From NCBI GenBank assembly GCA_963790045.1, contig CAWBMS010000008.1, positions 133,126 through 197,125 on the forward strand: a stretch of DNA of 64,000 nucleotides. Direction: 5' to 3'. Of the stretch, positions 1-10,552 are shown one piece after another. The stretch is from Ignavibacteriota bacterium (GTDB lineage: Bacteria > Bacteroidota > Ignavibacteria > UBA10030). How positions within the stretch are numbered: the stretch's first letter is position 1; each line of letters opens with the position of its first letter. The notes below the pieces were generated by a model that did not search any database, was not told the origin of the DNA, and saw nothing but the letters and a program-made list of their open reading frames with translations. Position numbers and translations under genes: made by a program.

Positions 1-342
1 AGCAATATCTACCAGCGCTATATCCCGTGGTACGGTAGAGCGTGGTTTTACTGAAGTTGTATTTTACTTTCAATGCCGCGTCGTTATTCACATTGGCGTA
101 CACGATGAACCTGCCGCCCACTGTGATCATCGATGTCACGAGGGCATGCTCGGCCGCACTTTTCGTGTCGGTCGTTCCTGCCGTGGAATCGGTTACTTGT
201 TTATCGGCGTTTGTAATTTGAGCAAGCAGCGTTTTGAAATCCGCTACGAACTCTACCAGCGCATCGATCAATGCAATCTTCACAGCATTGAGCGTGAAGA
301 ACGCATCCAATCCGGTGTACATAGTGTATTTGTTTGTTAAAT
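1..342 (-). CDS. hypothetical protein, 3'-partial at the window edge (N-terminal 114 codons visible)
   Basis: The minus-strand frame is open from an ATG (plus-strand cat at 340-342), preceded by a GGAGGA RBS, to position 1 with no stop. It is absent from the ORF track because it has no stop. I recognise no family. Confidence 0.4.
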
Positions 343-454
343 CGATTCTCATAAAATCCTCCTTTGGTTTTTATGTTTTCGAAACGGCTGATCCTTTCTT
401 TCTTGATACATTCAAAAATATTTTCTGTGTGTCATCATGCGAACAAGAACCATC

Positions 455-750
455 ATGGTGGGACACGCATTTGGCTATGCCATCCCATTGGGACCTGCGT
501 GTCACCATACCATGTTATCTGGTAGGACACGCATTTGCCGAAGGCATCCCTTTGGGACCTGCGTGTCACCATGCGAACAAGAACCATCATGGTGGGATAC
601 GCATTTGGCTATGCCATCCCTTTGGGACCTGTGTGTCTCCATGGAGACATCCAAGAATGGATGTCCTACCAATGAGATTGATGATAAACAAACTTTCTGG
701 TTGGACACGCATTTGGCTATGCCATCACGTTGTGACCTGCGTGTCCTTAA
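455..750. repeat. REP-like palindromic repeat cluster with about 5 units (core GGTGGGACACGCA ... TGCGTGTCACCAT)
   Basis: Units of about 55 bp recur and contain the inverted repeat gacacgca/tgcgtgtc. The same family recurs at 1258-1492 on the other side of the RAYT gene. Confidence 0.7.
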
Positions 751-788
751 CAAAAACAAATCTGTGTGTCATAACAACCATGCAATAA

Positions 789-1244
789 TCATCCACATAT
801 ATTTTCATTACACCACCATCCCACATATTTTTCCGGATACTCTGTGAATCCCTTCCTCACGGGATTGTTATACATATACTGTAGTTTTTCATGCACCTCA
901 TCGCTGTCTCTCATAATTCTGTCATAAGATTCTTTCTGCCAGATCCTTCCACGAGTGTTCCGATGCAGATTGATTGTATGTGCCGTCGTACCTTTGATGC
1001 CATGCATAACACGGCTGAGTGTCATTCCTTTTTTCGTCTGCAACAATACATGCACGTGATCCGGCATCACCACCACCGCATAACAATCATAATATTTTCC
1101 ATCTCCATTTTTGATGTGTTCCAACACGAGACCTTGTTCATCCTCGTTCAACATATCACCCTCAACACAAAAGGTGACGAAATAAATGCATTCATCCATA
1201 CTCCAATGCGGTAAATGCCGCCGTGTAATTTTTATTTCATCCAT
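789..1244 (-). CDS. REP-associated tyrosine transposase (RAYT; IS200-like Y1 HUH transposase)
   Basis: It carries the HUH motif MPDHVHVLL and an N-terminal RRHLPHW-type motif, and is flanked on both sides by the same REP palindromes. The tracked ORF start (1310) reads through REP sequence, so I trimmed the start to the MDEIKITRRHLPHW methionine. Confidence 0.7.
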   Translation of the reverse strand: MDEIKITRRHLPHWSMDECIYFVTFCVEGDMLNEDEQGLVLEHIKNGDGKYYDCYAVVVMPDHVHVLLQTKKGMTLSRVMHGIKGTTAHTINLHRNTRGRIWQKESYDRIMRDSDEVHEKLQYMYNNPVRKGFTEYPEKYVGWWCNENICG

Positions 1245-1257
1245 AAAACAACCTTTC

Positions 1258-1492
1258 TGGTGGAACACGCATTTGGCTATGCCATCACATTGTGACCTGT
1301 GTGTCACCATACCATGTTATCTGGTAGGACACGCATTTGCCGAAGGCATCCCATTGGGACCTGCGTGTCACCCTGAAGACATCCAAGAATGGATGTCCTA
1401 CCGCAGGATTTTTGATATTGTAATAAAAAAGAAGACCTCTGGTGGGACACACATTTGGCTATGCCATCACATTGTGACCTGCGTGTCACCAT
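1258..1492. repeat. REP-like palindromic repeat cluster, same family as 455-750
   Basis: It contains tggaacacgcatttggctatgccatcacattgtgacctg(t/c)gtgtcaccat units. Confidence 0.7.
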
Positions 1493-1539
1493 GAAGACAT
1501 CCAAGAATGCTTGCCTGCCGACAGGCAGGAATGTCCTAC

Positions 1540-1860
1540 CTGCATATTTTTTAAAAATTTCGCCATTGCTTCACTCCCATCGGTCATTGTTTCCTATCCC
1601 TATGACATTGCTTCAGTCCGGTATGTCATTGCTTCAATCCGTTTTGTAATTGTTTCCATGCCCGTTCCCATTGTTTCATCCGGTTTTGTAATTGTTTCTA
1701 TACCGCCTGCCATTGCTTCATACCGTGCTGTCATTGTTTCCATCGGAGGCATCATTGTTTGCTCTGGTTTTGTAATTGCTTCAAGACTTGCGCTCATTGT
1801 TTCGTTCCGAGAAGCCATTGTTTGATGCCATGAGCCCATTGTTTCACCCCGAATATTCAT
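1540..1860. repeat. degenerate tandem minisatellite with a period of about 24-27 nt (core CATTG(C/T)TTC), about 12 copies
   Basis: CATTGTTTC/CATTGCTTC recurs at regular spacing. Both strands carry repeat-derived ORFs: 1511-1825 on the plus strand, and 1600-2070 on the minus strand with ETM/EAM 8-aa periodicity. Confidence 0.6.
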
Positions 1861-2338
1861 TGCTTTGCAGCCATAAGGTAATGCTGAAAAAATTATTGCC
1901 GATGTGGAGAGAATGAAAATGATTGTGCCGCATCCCGAATGCGCTGCTTGAAATTGTAATTGCGTTGATAGATTTTGTAATGTGATGGCGCGAAGCGATG
2001 TATTCCGATTGCATCGCGTAAAGCGGATTGCGTTCCAGAATTTTTTCCATGCACACCTTCCCATGAGCATAGAGCAACCTTCTACTATATTATTATCTTT
2101 TAAATTGAAGTTTGAATCGCGGGCCGAATCTGCTTTTCAATGTTATCCATTCTATTAAAACCATCCGTTGTATAACAGCGAATCTTGGTTTCCCTTATGG
2201 CCGTTGACTGCAAATCTCTATTGCAATTATACAACTGCCGTTCATAAAAAGCAAGCATTTTTTTAAAAAAAAAGATAATGCCTACCCGTGTGTGCCGTGG
2301 TTGCACATTGTCGCAGTTCGTTGCTTCAGGCAAAGTCG

Positions 2339-3085
2339 TTACCGAAAAAACATCCCCAGTAATTTTTCGCTGAGGTAAAACAAGAGCATCCCCGCAAACA
2401 CTAAAAACGGCGGCCAGCGGCTTTCGGTTTTGTTCACTTCGGGAATCAAATCGCTCGCACCGACGTATGTCACTGTGCCTGCAGAAAATGCAAACGCAAT
2501 ACCCACCATGCGCGAGTCCACGTTTTCAAGGAAGAAAACAGAGCTGGCGCCAAGCAGCGTGGCAAACGCAATGCCGACAGCAGAGTATAAAACGATCTTC
2601 TTCGGAAATCCGGCGCTCGTCATAATCGAGCCGATGGTCAACCCTTCGGGGAATTTGTGCAGAAGAATGGCAAAGAAAATGAGCAAGCCGAGGAAAAAAT
2701 TATATTGCAGCCCGACAGAAATAGAAAGCCCGTCAAAAAATGCATGGATGCACAACCCGACGAATGCCGAGTAGCCCGTTTTTTTTGTCATCATCACATC
2801 GTGGTGCGTCTCTTCGCCGAAATGCAAGTGCCCGACAACGGTGTGTTCAAAGAAATGGATCGTTGCAAAACCGATGAGAATCCAGATTGCCGCCGTCGTA
2901 TCTAACATCTTAAAGCTGGAAGGAACAAGTTCGATGAACACGAGCGAAAGGATGAAGCCCGCGCCGAGTGCGAGCAGTGTTTCCTGCGCGCGCGCCGGCC
3001 AGTTCTTTTTGTACACGATGAGCGCACCGCCGAACACGACGGCAAGCGAAGCGATAAGAGCGAGAAGAAGAATTTGAACTTTCAT
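2339..3085 (-). CDS. zupT: ZIP family zinc/metal transporter (ZupT-like)
   Basis: It has multiple transmembrane segments, the HHDVMM motif and the HAFFDGLSISVG signature typical of ZIP/ZupT. Confidence 0.8.
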   Translation of the reverse strand: MKVQILLLALIASLAVVFGGALIVYKKNWPARAQETLLALGAGFILSLVFIELVPSSFKMLDTTAAIWILIGFATIHFFEHTVVGHLHFGEETHHDVMMTKKTGYSAFVGLCIHAFFDGLSISVGLQYNFFLGLLIFFAILLHKFPEGLTIGSIMTSAGFPKKIVLYSAVGIAFATLLGASSVFFLENVDSRMVGIAFAFSAGTVTYVGASDLIPEVNKTESRWPPFLVFAGMLLFYLSEKLLGMFFR

Positions 3086-4269
3086 TTCGTCATCGTATAG
3101 GGAACACGGCGATATTTTTTTGCGTCGCTGTGAGAGTTTTCATAATCTTTCATATCGAGCACTTTTTCATACTGTTCAAGCGCCTGCGGACGCTGTCCGC
3201 GCACATCGTAGATCATCCCGATCAACAGATTCGCCTGCGCCATAAATCCGGATGAGCCGTCTTTATCTATTTTGTGACTCAACACATCACATTGATACAA
3301 ATAATTTAGCGCTGTGTCAAATCGATTTGCCATAAAATCAAATTTGCCGAGATAGAACAAGGCTTCGCGTTTATCATAGGTATCGTACCCGAACACTTTT
3401 TCATCGCAATACTGATCGATGTCCGTAAAAATATCACGTGCTTCTCCTATTCTTCCTAAACTCACTAAGCATCGTCCAAGGAATCGATAAAAAATAGAGT
3501 TGCGGGGAAACCGTTCGTGCAACCGCATGGCAATATAATATGCTTTCGGATAATTTTTTTCAAACATATAATAGCTTTGCATCAAAAAGTACGACGCTTC
3601 GACGCCTGCATACTTTGCATGTTCCGAAGCCAGACGGAGTTGTTCCAGCCCTTTCGACCTATCGCCGCTGGGAAAGAACAGCATGAACGGCTTTGCCACC
3701 GGATAATGATCGGGAATGACTTCGGCATAATAATTATAAATACCGATGCCGAGCAGCACATCGTAATTGTTCGGCTCTAACGCATACGCTTTGCGTACTA
3801 ACGGTAATGCGACCATCCCATCGTTTGCAGCGCCAAGCCATTTGCCGCGATTTGCACGCAGACGCCCGCGGAATCCTACGGCGCCGCCCTTGAAAAACAT
3901 CGCCGTAACATCCTTGGAGTTTTCATCTAACCGCTTCTCGCACATATCGATAACAACTTCAAGGTCATTATAGAGCTTGTCGTCTTGCGATTCATCGTCG
4001 AAGTTGCACAGAATCCGTTCCCACTGAATCATTGCCTTAAAAAAATATCCAACGGGATGATCCGGGCGCAGGCGGATGACTTCCGCAAAGTCGCTTTCTG
4101 CTTTCTCGAATTCAAAATTATAAACATGCTGAATGCCGGCCTGTACCCGCCGGTCAATTGTGGAATCCTGAATCCATTGTGCGTGTACCGGTGTGAAGAA
4201 ACACAAAATGAAAAGCGTCAGAAAAAATATCTTCATTCCGACGCTTTGTATAAATCTCGTTACAACCAT
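3082..4269 (-). CDS. TPR-repeat protein with an N-terminal signal peptide
   Basis: Hydrophobic leader MKIFFLTLFILCFFTPVHAQ; the Y/F/A-rich periodicity is TPR-like. Confidence 0.6.
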   Translation of the reverse strand: MVVTRFIQSVGMKIFFLTLFILCFFTPVHAQWIQDSTIDRRVQAGIQHVYNFEFEKAESDFAEVIRLRPDHPVGYFFKAMIQWERILCNFDDESQDDKLYNDLEVVIDMCEKRLDENSKDVTAMFFKGGAVGFRGRLRANRGKWLGAANDGMVALPLVRKAYALEPNNYDVLLGIGIYNYYAEVIPDHYPVAKPFMLFFPSGDRSKGLEQLRLASEHAKYAGVEASYFLMQSYYMFEKNYPKAYYIAMRLHERFPRNSIFYRFLGRCLVSLGRIGEARDIFTDIDQYCDEKVFGYDTYDKREALFYLGKFDFMANRFDTALNYLYQCDVLSHKIDKDGSSGFMAQANLLIGMIYDVRGQRPQALEQYEKVLDMKDYENSHSDAKKYRRVPYTMTK

Positions 4270-4310
4270 ACTGCTTTGTGCTACCGCACGACGATAACAC
4301 AGTCCTCCCG

Positions 4311-5798
4311 TTATAAAAATTTCACCGCAAAATATTCTTTCAATCGCGCAGCGGCAATGCGTTCCTGCTGCATGGAGTCGCGTTCACGCACGGTGACCGT
4401 TTGATCCTGCAACGTCTGTGAATCCACCGTAATGCAGAATGGCGTTCCTGCTTCATCTTGCCGTCGATAGCGCCGCCCAACGGCTCCACTATCATCATAG
4501 AATACACGGAATTGATTTCGCAGATCCGCTTCGATTTTGTGCGAAAGTTCCGGCATTCCGTCGCGATTGACAAGCGGAAAGATTGCCGCTTTGATTGGCG
4601 CAAGTTTCGGATGCAGTTTGAGGACTACACGAGTTTCAGTTGCACCTTCTTCTGCTGTCGGTGCTTCTTCTTCGTGATACGAAGCGGTCAGGAAAGCCAT
4701 GAACGAGCGGCTCGCGCCCGCAGATGTTTCGATCACGAATGGCGTGTATTTTTCTTTCGTCTCTTCATCGAAATATTTTAACGACTTGCCGGAAAATTCT
4801 TCGTGCCGCGAAAGATCGAAATTCGTACGGTTGTGCACTCCTTCAATTTCTCCCCAGCCGAACGGGAACAAAAATTCGATGTCATAGGCATCCTTCGCAT
4901 AATGCGCTAATTTATCTTTGGGATGTTGATGCCATTGTAGTTGTTCGCGCTTCATGCCGAGATCGACAAACCACTGCATACGTTCGCCGCGCCAGTATTC
5001 AAAAAATTGATCGTCAGTTCCCGGCTTGCAAAAGAATTGCATTTCCATTTGTTCGAATTCGCGCGTGCGGAACAAAAAGTTTTTCGTATTGATCTCGTTG
5101 CGGAATGCTTTTCCGATCTGCGCAATACCGAACGGCAATTTCTGGCGCGATGCATTCATCACGTTCTGGAAATTCACGAAAATCCCCTGCGCTGTTTCAG
5201 GACGAAGGAACACCACCGACGATGCATCCTCCACCGGGCCGACAAATGTCTTGAACATGAGATTAAACTTGCGTGCGTCGGTGAACGTGCCTTTATTGCC
5301 GCACGCGGGACACGAAAGCATCGGAACGATCTTTGCTGCCTGCTCATCGGTTGCCGTCAATGCTGCAAATTCCGATGCAATGAATTCATCTTTCTGCTGT
5401 CCGCCGTACTTTTGCGCATCGATCTCTCGCAACACATCTTTTTTCTTCTTTAAGGACATTTCGTCAAACAGCACATCGATGCGATAGCGCGCTTTGCACT
5501 GCTTGCAATCTACCATCGGGTCGGTAAAATTCTCGACATGTCCGGATGCTTCCCACACGCGTGGGTGCATCAGAATCGATGCATCGATGCCTTCCACGTT
5601 CTCGCGGTAGGTCATGCTCTTCCACCATTGCTGTTTCAAATTGTTCAGCATCTCTACGCCAAGCGGGCCGTAATCCCAGCAGCCGTTCAAGCCGCCGTAA
5701 ATTTCGCTGGATTGAAATACAAAGCCGCGCCGTTTTGCCAGCGAGACAATTTTATCCATCACCTTTACTTGATCGTTATTCGATTTATTCTGTGCCAT
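4311..5798 (-). CDS. glyQS: glycine--tRNA ligase (class II dimeric GlyRS)
   Basis: The N-terminus MAQNKSN...FVFQSSEIYGGLNGCWDYGPLGVE is diagnostic. The start is set at the internal ATG at 5798. Confidence 0.9.
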   Translation of the reverse strand: MAQNKSNNDQVKVMDKIVSLAKRRGFVFQSSEIYGGLNGCWDYGPLGVEMLNNLKQQWWKSMTYRENVEGIDASILMHPRVWEASGHVENFTDPMVDCKQCKARYRIDVLFDEMSLKKKKDVLREIDAQKYGGQQKDEFIASEFAALTATDEQAAKIVPMLSCPACGNKGTFTDARKFNLMFKTFVGPVEDASSVVFLRPETAQGIFVNFQNVMNASRQKLPFGIAQIGKAFRNEINTKNFLFRTREFEQMEMQFFCKPGTDDQFFEYWRGERMQWFVDLGMKREQLQWHQHPKDKLAHYAKDAYDIEFLFPFGWGEIEGVHNRTNFDLSRHEEFSGKSLKYFDEETKEKYTPFVIETSAGASRSFMAFLTASYHEEEAPTAEEGATETRVVLKLHPKLAPIKAAIFPLVNRDGMPELSHKIEADLRNQFRVFYDDSGAVGRRYRRQDEAGTPFCITVDSQTLQDQTVTVRERDSMQQERIAAARLKEYFAVKFL

Positions 5799-5838
5799 AA
5801 TCTTTAACCTTTTACCTTCCAAATTCTAACTTCTAATC

Positions 5839-6903
5839 TTAAACCACTTCCACCCTGCTCTGATCGCCGATCATAAAGCGATGCACCTGCGGCTTACCTG
5901 CGGCTTTCACGATTTCCACGTCATTGCCAAGAATGCTTCCTTCGATTCGCAATCCCACTTTAGAAATTTTGCAATCACGCAAGATGATGCTGTATTCCAC
6001 TTCGCTGTCTTCGATGACCGTTCGATCTCCGACCGATGTGAACGGACCGACATAACTGTTTTCAATCACACAATTTTTACCGATGATGACGGGGCCGCGC
6101 ACGATGCTGTTGATGATCTTTGCGCCTTCTTCGATCACGACGCGTCCCGCGACGTTAGAGTGTGCATCGATTTTGCCATCAATACGCGGATCGATGTTAT
6201 CTAAGATCAATCGATTGGCTTCGAGTAAATCCACGGGCTTACCGGTATCTTTCCACCAGCCGGTAATTTCCGTGTAACCGACTTTGTAGCCCTTCTTGAT
6301 TAAATACGTGTGTGCATCAGAAATTTCTAGTTCACCGCGATCACTCGCTTTGATATTTTTTACCGCTTCAAAAATATGTTTGTCGTACAGATAAATTCCT
6401 GCAACAGCAAAATTGCTTTTGGGCTTCTTCGGTTTTTCTTCTACGCGAAGAATCCTGCCGTTTTTTATTTCAGGAACACCGAAGCGTTCCGGATCTTTCA
6501 CACGCGACAAGGTTAAATAGCAGTTGCAGCCGCTCTGTTCAAATTCTTCCACGAACCGTTTAATGCCGCCCACCAGCATGTTGTCGCCAAGATAAAATAC
6601 AAATTTATCGTCGCCGACAAATTTTTCTGCAAGCTGCACCACCTGCGCCAAACCGCCGGGCACTTCCTGCGGAATGTACGTGATCTTCACGCCCCAGCGC
6701 GAACCATCGCCGACATAGTTTGGCACTTCCAAACTATCTGCCGTATGCACAATGCCAATTTCTTTGATACCGGCATTCACTGCCGCTTCAATGGCATAAT
6801 ACAATATCGGTTTGTTGGCAATGGGAATGAGATGTTTATTTTGTGTATGCGTAATGGGGCGCAATCTCGTTCCGCGTCCGCCGCTTGCAATCAGTGCTTT
6901 CAC
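5839..6903 (-). CDS. sugar-phosphate nucleotidyltransferase, long-form glucose-1-phosphate thymidylyltransferase-like with C-terminal hexapeptide repeats
   Basis: It has the GGRGTRLRPIT motif at the N-terminus and left-handed beta-helix repeats at the C-terminus. Confidence 0.75.
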   Translation of the reverse strand: MKALIASGGRGTRLRPITHTQNKHLIPIANKPILYYAIEAAVNAGIKEIGIVHTADSLEVPNYVGDGSRWGVKITYIPQEVPGGLAQVVQLAEKFVGDDKFVFYLGDNMLVGGIKRFVEEFEQSGCNCYLTLSRVKDPERFGVPEIKNGRILRVEEKPKKPKSNFAVAGIYLYDKHIFEAVKNIKASDRGELEISDAHTYLIKKGYKVGYTEITGWWKDTGKPVDLLEANRLILDNIDPRIDGKIDAHSNVAGRVVIEEGAKIINSIVRGPVIIGKNCVIENSYVGPFTSVGDRTVIEDSEVEYSIILRDCKISKVGLRIEGSILGNDVEIVKAAGKPQVHRFMIGDQSRVEVV

Positions 6904-7880
6904 TTTTTCCTCTCGTTCGTATTTTCCTGTAACAATTTTTTAATCTCTCGCGCGGTGTGTGCTGAAATCTTATTGTCTTCTACCGCCATTTCAAGCGCTT
7001 GCATTCCTAGTACCTGATATAAATTCAAAATCTTTTTATCGAATCGTTGTAACGCTACTGTATGTTTTCGTATCAACAGTTCATCGCCGCGTGCAGCGGG
7101 GCCCGTCAATGCATGGCGAGCACCGATGCTGATGGCATTTTCTATGCTTGCGGTTACCAGCGGCTGCAATTGCCGCAACGATAATTGTAAAGTCGTGTTC
7201 TGCAAAAGTTTTTCTACCGCACCGAGTAATGCAACGGTGTAGTTCGATGCCAGAACACACGCAATATGATACAAAATTTTCTCTTCTTTTGGAATGATGA
7301 TCGCATTGCCGCCTAATTCTTTCACCAAGTTCTTTGCGAATCGAATCGCTTTAGAATTTCCTTCAATCCCGTACCATATACCCTGCATACGCTGTAATTG
7401 CCGATTCGTGTTCATTCCTTTTGGAAATGTTTGTATAGGATGCAGCGAGAAAACCGTCACTCCTTGTACTTGCAACGGACGCAATTCATCGCTCGTCAAT
7501 GAACCGGATGTATGACAAACGATGAGCGATTTGAAATTGAGTTTTGAATTTTGTACTATCTGCATTGCAACTTCGGCAATCGAAGAATCCGAAACGGTGA
7601 GTAGTATAATTGATGTATCAGGATGAATATCAGCAACATCATTTGAAAAATTCTTACAATGCACTAATCGTGCAAGTTGACACGCTGATGTTTTTTTCCT
7701 GCTGATAACAGAGACAATGGGAAAGTGTGACTTGCGTAAAAGCAGTGCAAGCGTTGTTCCCACGACTCCAGCACCAACTACGGTAATAGCCGCTTTATTT
7801 TGAGGAGATTGAGATTTGACGTTTCGTTTCATCATTAATACGTTCGTGTCTTTCATTCTTTCAATAAGGTAACGAGCCAT
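6900..7880 (-). CDS. NAD(P)-binding Rossmann-fold protein (DUF2520-like)
   Basis: It has a VVGAGVVGTTLA dinucleotide-binding motif. The start codon is uncertain. Confidence 0.5.
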   Translation of the reverse strand: MARYLIERMKDTNVLMMKRNVKSQSPQNKAAITVVGAGVVGTTLALLLRKSHFPIVSVISRKKTSACQLARLVHCKNFSNDVADIHPDTSIILLTVSDSSIAEVAMQIVQNSKLNFKSLIVCHTSGSLTSDELRPLQVQGVTVFSLHPIQTFPKGMNTNRQLQRMQGIWYGIEGNSKAIRFAKNLVKELGGNAIIIPKEEKILYHIACVLASNYTVALLGAVEKLLQNTTLQLSLRQLQPLVTASIENAISIGARHALTGPAARGDELLIRKHTVALQRFDKKILNLYQVLGMQALEMAVEDNKISAHTAREIKKLLQENTNERKK

Positions 7881-7957
7881 TGAGTGACTTTCAACGGGAA
7901 TCTTGCATCTCCAAACGTTTCTGTGTAGATTAACGCGCAGAAATTAAGGAATAGTTC

Positions 7958-9334
7958 ATGGCATTAATGGTTAGCATTTCAGGAATTCGCGGCACCATCG
8001 GCGATTCACTTACACCGGAAACAATTGTGAAATATGCGGCAGCGTATGCGGAATATTGCAAACGCGGACACATTATTATTGGACGGGATGGAAGAATCAC
8101 CGGTAAGAATGTTGAGGATATTGTTGTTTCAACATTGGTACAAATGGGCTGCGAGGTAACAACGCTGGGCATTTGTCCCACACCGACTGTTGCTCTTGCT
8201 GTGGAAAAGCTTAAAGCTGCGGGCGGCATCTCCATTACCGCAAGCCACAATCCGATGATCTGGAACGGATTGAAATTTTTTGCATCCACCGGTTTATTTT
8301 TGGATGCTGATGAGAATCATGCGTTCTGGAAATTAGCCGGTGTTTCATCGCACACATACGTCCCGTGGGATAAACAAGGCAAGCATCAATCACTCGAATC
8401 ATTTATTGATGATCACAACAATGCTGTTCTTTCTCTTCCTTTTTTAAAAGTTGCAGACATTCGCAAACGGCATTTCAAAATTGTATTAGATTGTGTGAAT
8501 GCTGCCGGCGGGGCAATCGTTCCAAAACTTTTAGCGGAATTCGGCTGCGAAGTTATTCCGTTGAGCTGCGATATTTCCGGTGTTTTTTCTCATACGCCGG
8601 AGCCGATCCCAGAAAATCTTACCGATTTATGCCATGCCGTGAAGATGCATAAAGCCGATCTTGGCATTGCCGTCGATCCTGATGTTGATCGATTGGTGCT
8701 GATCAATGAAAAAGGCGAACCATACGGCGAAGAATACACCATCGCAACGTGCGTGGATTTTGTTTTGAAAAAATTAAAATCGCTTCCATCGACAACCGAC
8801 AATCAAAAATTTCAAGTCGTCGTTAATCTTTCTACAACGCGTGCTGTTGAAGATATCGCAGCAAAGTATGGTGCGAGCGCGACACGAACGCCTGTTGGAG
8901 AAATTAATGTTGCAAAGAGAATGAAAGAATTGAACGCGGTGGTCGGCGGTGAAGGAAGCGGTGGAATAATTTTACCTGCCGTGCATCTTGGTAGAGATGC
9001 CATGGTCGGTATTGCACTTGTCTTGCAGCATCTCACAGAATTCGGCGGAACATTGTCTGCATTGAAAGCGACGCTGCCGCAGTATCTCATTACGAAAGGA
9101 AAAGTCGCACTCGGCACCTTGAATGCCGATGGCATTCTGAAACGCCTTCAACAACAATATGCTGCCGGCGGAAAAATCAATACCGATGACGGATTAAAAA
9201 TTGATTTTGCGGATTCGTGGGTTCATCTTCGTAAATCGAACACCGAGCCCATCATCCGCATCATCGCCGAAGCGCATTCCAAGTCCGAAGCAGATGCGCT
9301 CGTTCAAAGATTTACCAAGGAAATTTTTTCATAA
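7958..9334 (+). CDS. glmM: phosphoglucosamine mutase / phosphomannomutase family protein
   Basis: It has the active-site TASHNP motif and the GIRGT N-terminal motif of the PGM/PMM family. Confidence 0.8.
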   Translation: MALMVSISGIRGTIGDSLTPETIVKYAAAYAEYCKRGHIIIGRDGRITGKNVEDIVVSTLVQMGCEVTTLGICPTPTVALAVEKLKAAGGISITASHNPMIWNGLKFFASTGLFLDADENHAFWKLAGVSSHTYVPWDKQGKHQSLESFIDDHNNAVLSLPFLKVADIRKRHFKIVLDCVNAAGGAIVPKLLAEFGCEVIPLSCDISGVFSHTPEPIPENLTDLCHAVKMHKADLGIAVDPDVDRLVLINEKGEPYGEEYTIATCVDFVLKKLKSLPSTTDNQKFQVVVNLSTTRAVEDIAAKYGASATRTPVGEINVAKRMKELNAVVGGEGSGGIILPAVHLGRDAMVGIALVLQHLTEFGGTLSALKATLPQYLITKGKVALGTLNADGILKRLQQQYAAGGKINTDDGLKIDFADSWVHLRKSNTEPIIRIIAEAHSKSEADALVQRFTKEIFS

Positions 9335-9355
9335 TTTCTAATTCAGAATAGGAGA

Positions 9356-10456
9356 ATGGTGCAAAACATTCGCGATCTTCTTCGGCTTGCTTCTGTTCCG
9401 AAAATCGGCGCACAGAAAATTCGCGCGCTTGTTGCCCATTTCAAATCTGTCGAAAATGTTTTCGGCGCTTCGATAAAGGAACTTGCCCAAGTTTCCGGTA
9501 TCGATAAAAAAATCGCGTCGCACATTCTCCACCATACCGACGGTGAAAAATTTGCCGATGAACAGCTTAAACGATTGAATCGAATCAACGGACGTATTCT
9601 CACCATCTGGGATAAAGAATATCCTGAATTACTGAAGAAGATTTACGATCCACCGGCATTACTTTTTGTGCTGGGAAATTTTAACAACGCCGATCTTCGT
9701 TCCATCGGCATGGTCGGCACACGGCATCCGACATCCTATGGACAAACTGTGACCGAGCAATTATTTACCGAACTCGCCCGCCAGCAAATCACCATCGTCA
9801 GCGGATTGGCGCGCGGCATCGACACCATCGCCCACACAACGGCGCTCCATGCCAACACGCGAACGATTGCTGTGATCGGATCGGGAATCGATGTTCCCTA
9901 TCCGCCGGAAAATAAAAAATTGATGGACCGTATTGTGGAACACGGCGTAGTCGTTTCGGAATTTTTTATGGGCACAAAACCCGATGCACCGAATTTTCCA
10001 CGGCGCAACCGCATCATCAGCGGATTATCTGTCGGCACGGTTGTGATTGAATCTGCGGAAGACGGCGGCGCAATGATTACCGCTTCTACCGCATTGGATC
10101 AAGACCGCGAAGTGTTTGCTATTCCCGGCAACATCACCGAGAAACGCAGCGCAGGGACCAACAAACTGATCCGCGAGGGGCGTGCAAAACTTATCACCAA
10201 TGTCGAAGATATTTTTGCTGAGTTACAACTTCAATTGAGTTTGCCACTTGATGATGCAGCACCGACACGTGTCACGCTCAATCTGTCCTCGGCGGAACAA
10301 CAGATTTTTAATCTTCTTGCATCGGATCCAACACACATCGATGCACTTGCTGAACAAGCAAACGCTGCCACTTCCGACGTTCTCGTCTCATTGCTTTCGT
10401 TGGAATTCAAAGGCATCGTCCGGCAGTTACCCGGCAAACTGTTTATGAAGCTATGA
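9356..10456 (+). CDS. dprA: DNA processing protein DprA (Smf)
   Basis: It has the conserved GLARGIDTIAHTTAL Rossmann core of DprA. Confidence 0.85.
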   Translation: MVQNIRDLLRLASVPKIGAQKIRALVAHFKSVENVFGASIKELAQVSGIDKKIASHILHHTDGEKFADEQLKRLNRINGRILTIWDKEYPELLKKIYDPPALLFVLGNFNNADLRSIGMVGTRHPTSYGQTVTEQLFTELARQQITIVSGLARGIDTIAHTTALHANTRTIAVIGSGIDVPYPPENKKLMDRIVEHGVVVSEFFMGTKPDAPNFPRRNRIISGLSVGTVVIESAEDGGAMITASTALDQDREVFAIPGNITEKRSAGTNKLIREGRAKLITNVEDIFAELQLQLSLPLDDAAPTRVTLNLSSAEQQIFNLLASDPTHIDALAEQANAATSDVLVSLLSLEFKGIVRQLPGKLFMKL

Positions 10457-10552
10457 TCGACAAAGTCGGTCAAGAACATTTTAGTCCAATCTCTTTTCAT
10501 GTTTTTTCTCCCTTTGCTCTCGAAGAATTTTTCTTTATACTTCTTATGCAGT

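Noticed and set aside
146-788. Plus-strand ORFs 146-340 and 234-788
   Set aside because: The first is antisense to a better minus-strand gene with a strong RBS (1-342). The second is a translation of REP palindromes.
789-1310. Full-length 173-aa call for the first RAYT
   Set aside because: Its first 22 codons are REP repeat sequence (MVTHRSQCDGIAKCV...). The conserved RAYT N-terminus begins at MDEIKITRRHLPHW, so the start was trimmed to 1244.
9343-9606. Minus-strand ORFs antisense to dprA, the PGM gene and others, plus the many 60-120-aa antisense ORFs throughout
   Set aside because: They lie within confidently identified genes on the opposite strand, with no RBS or similarity.
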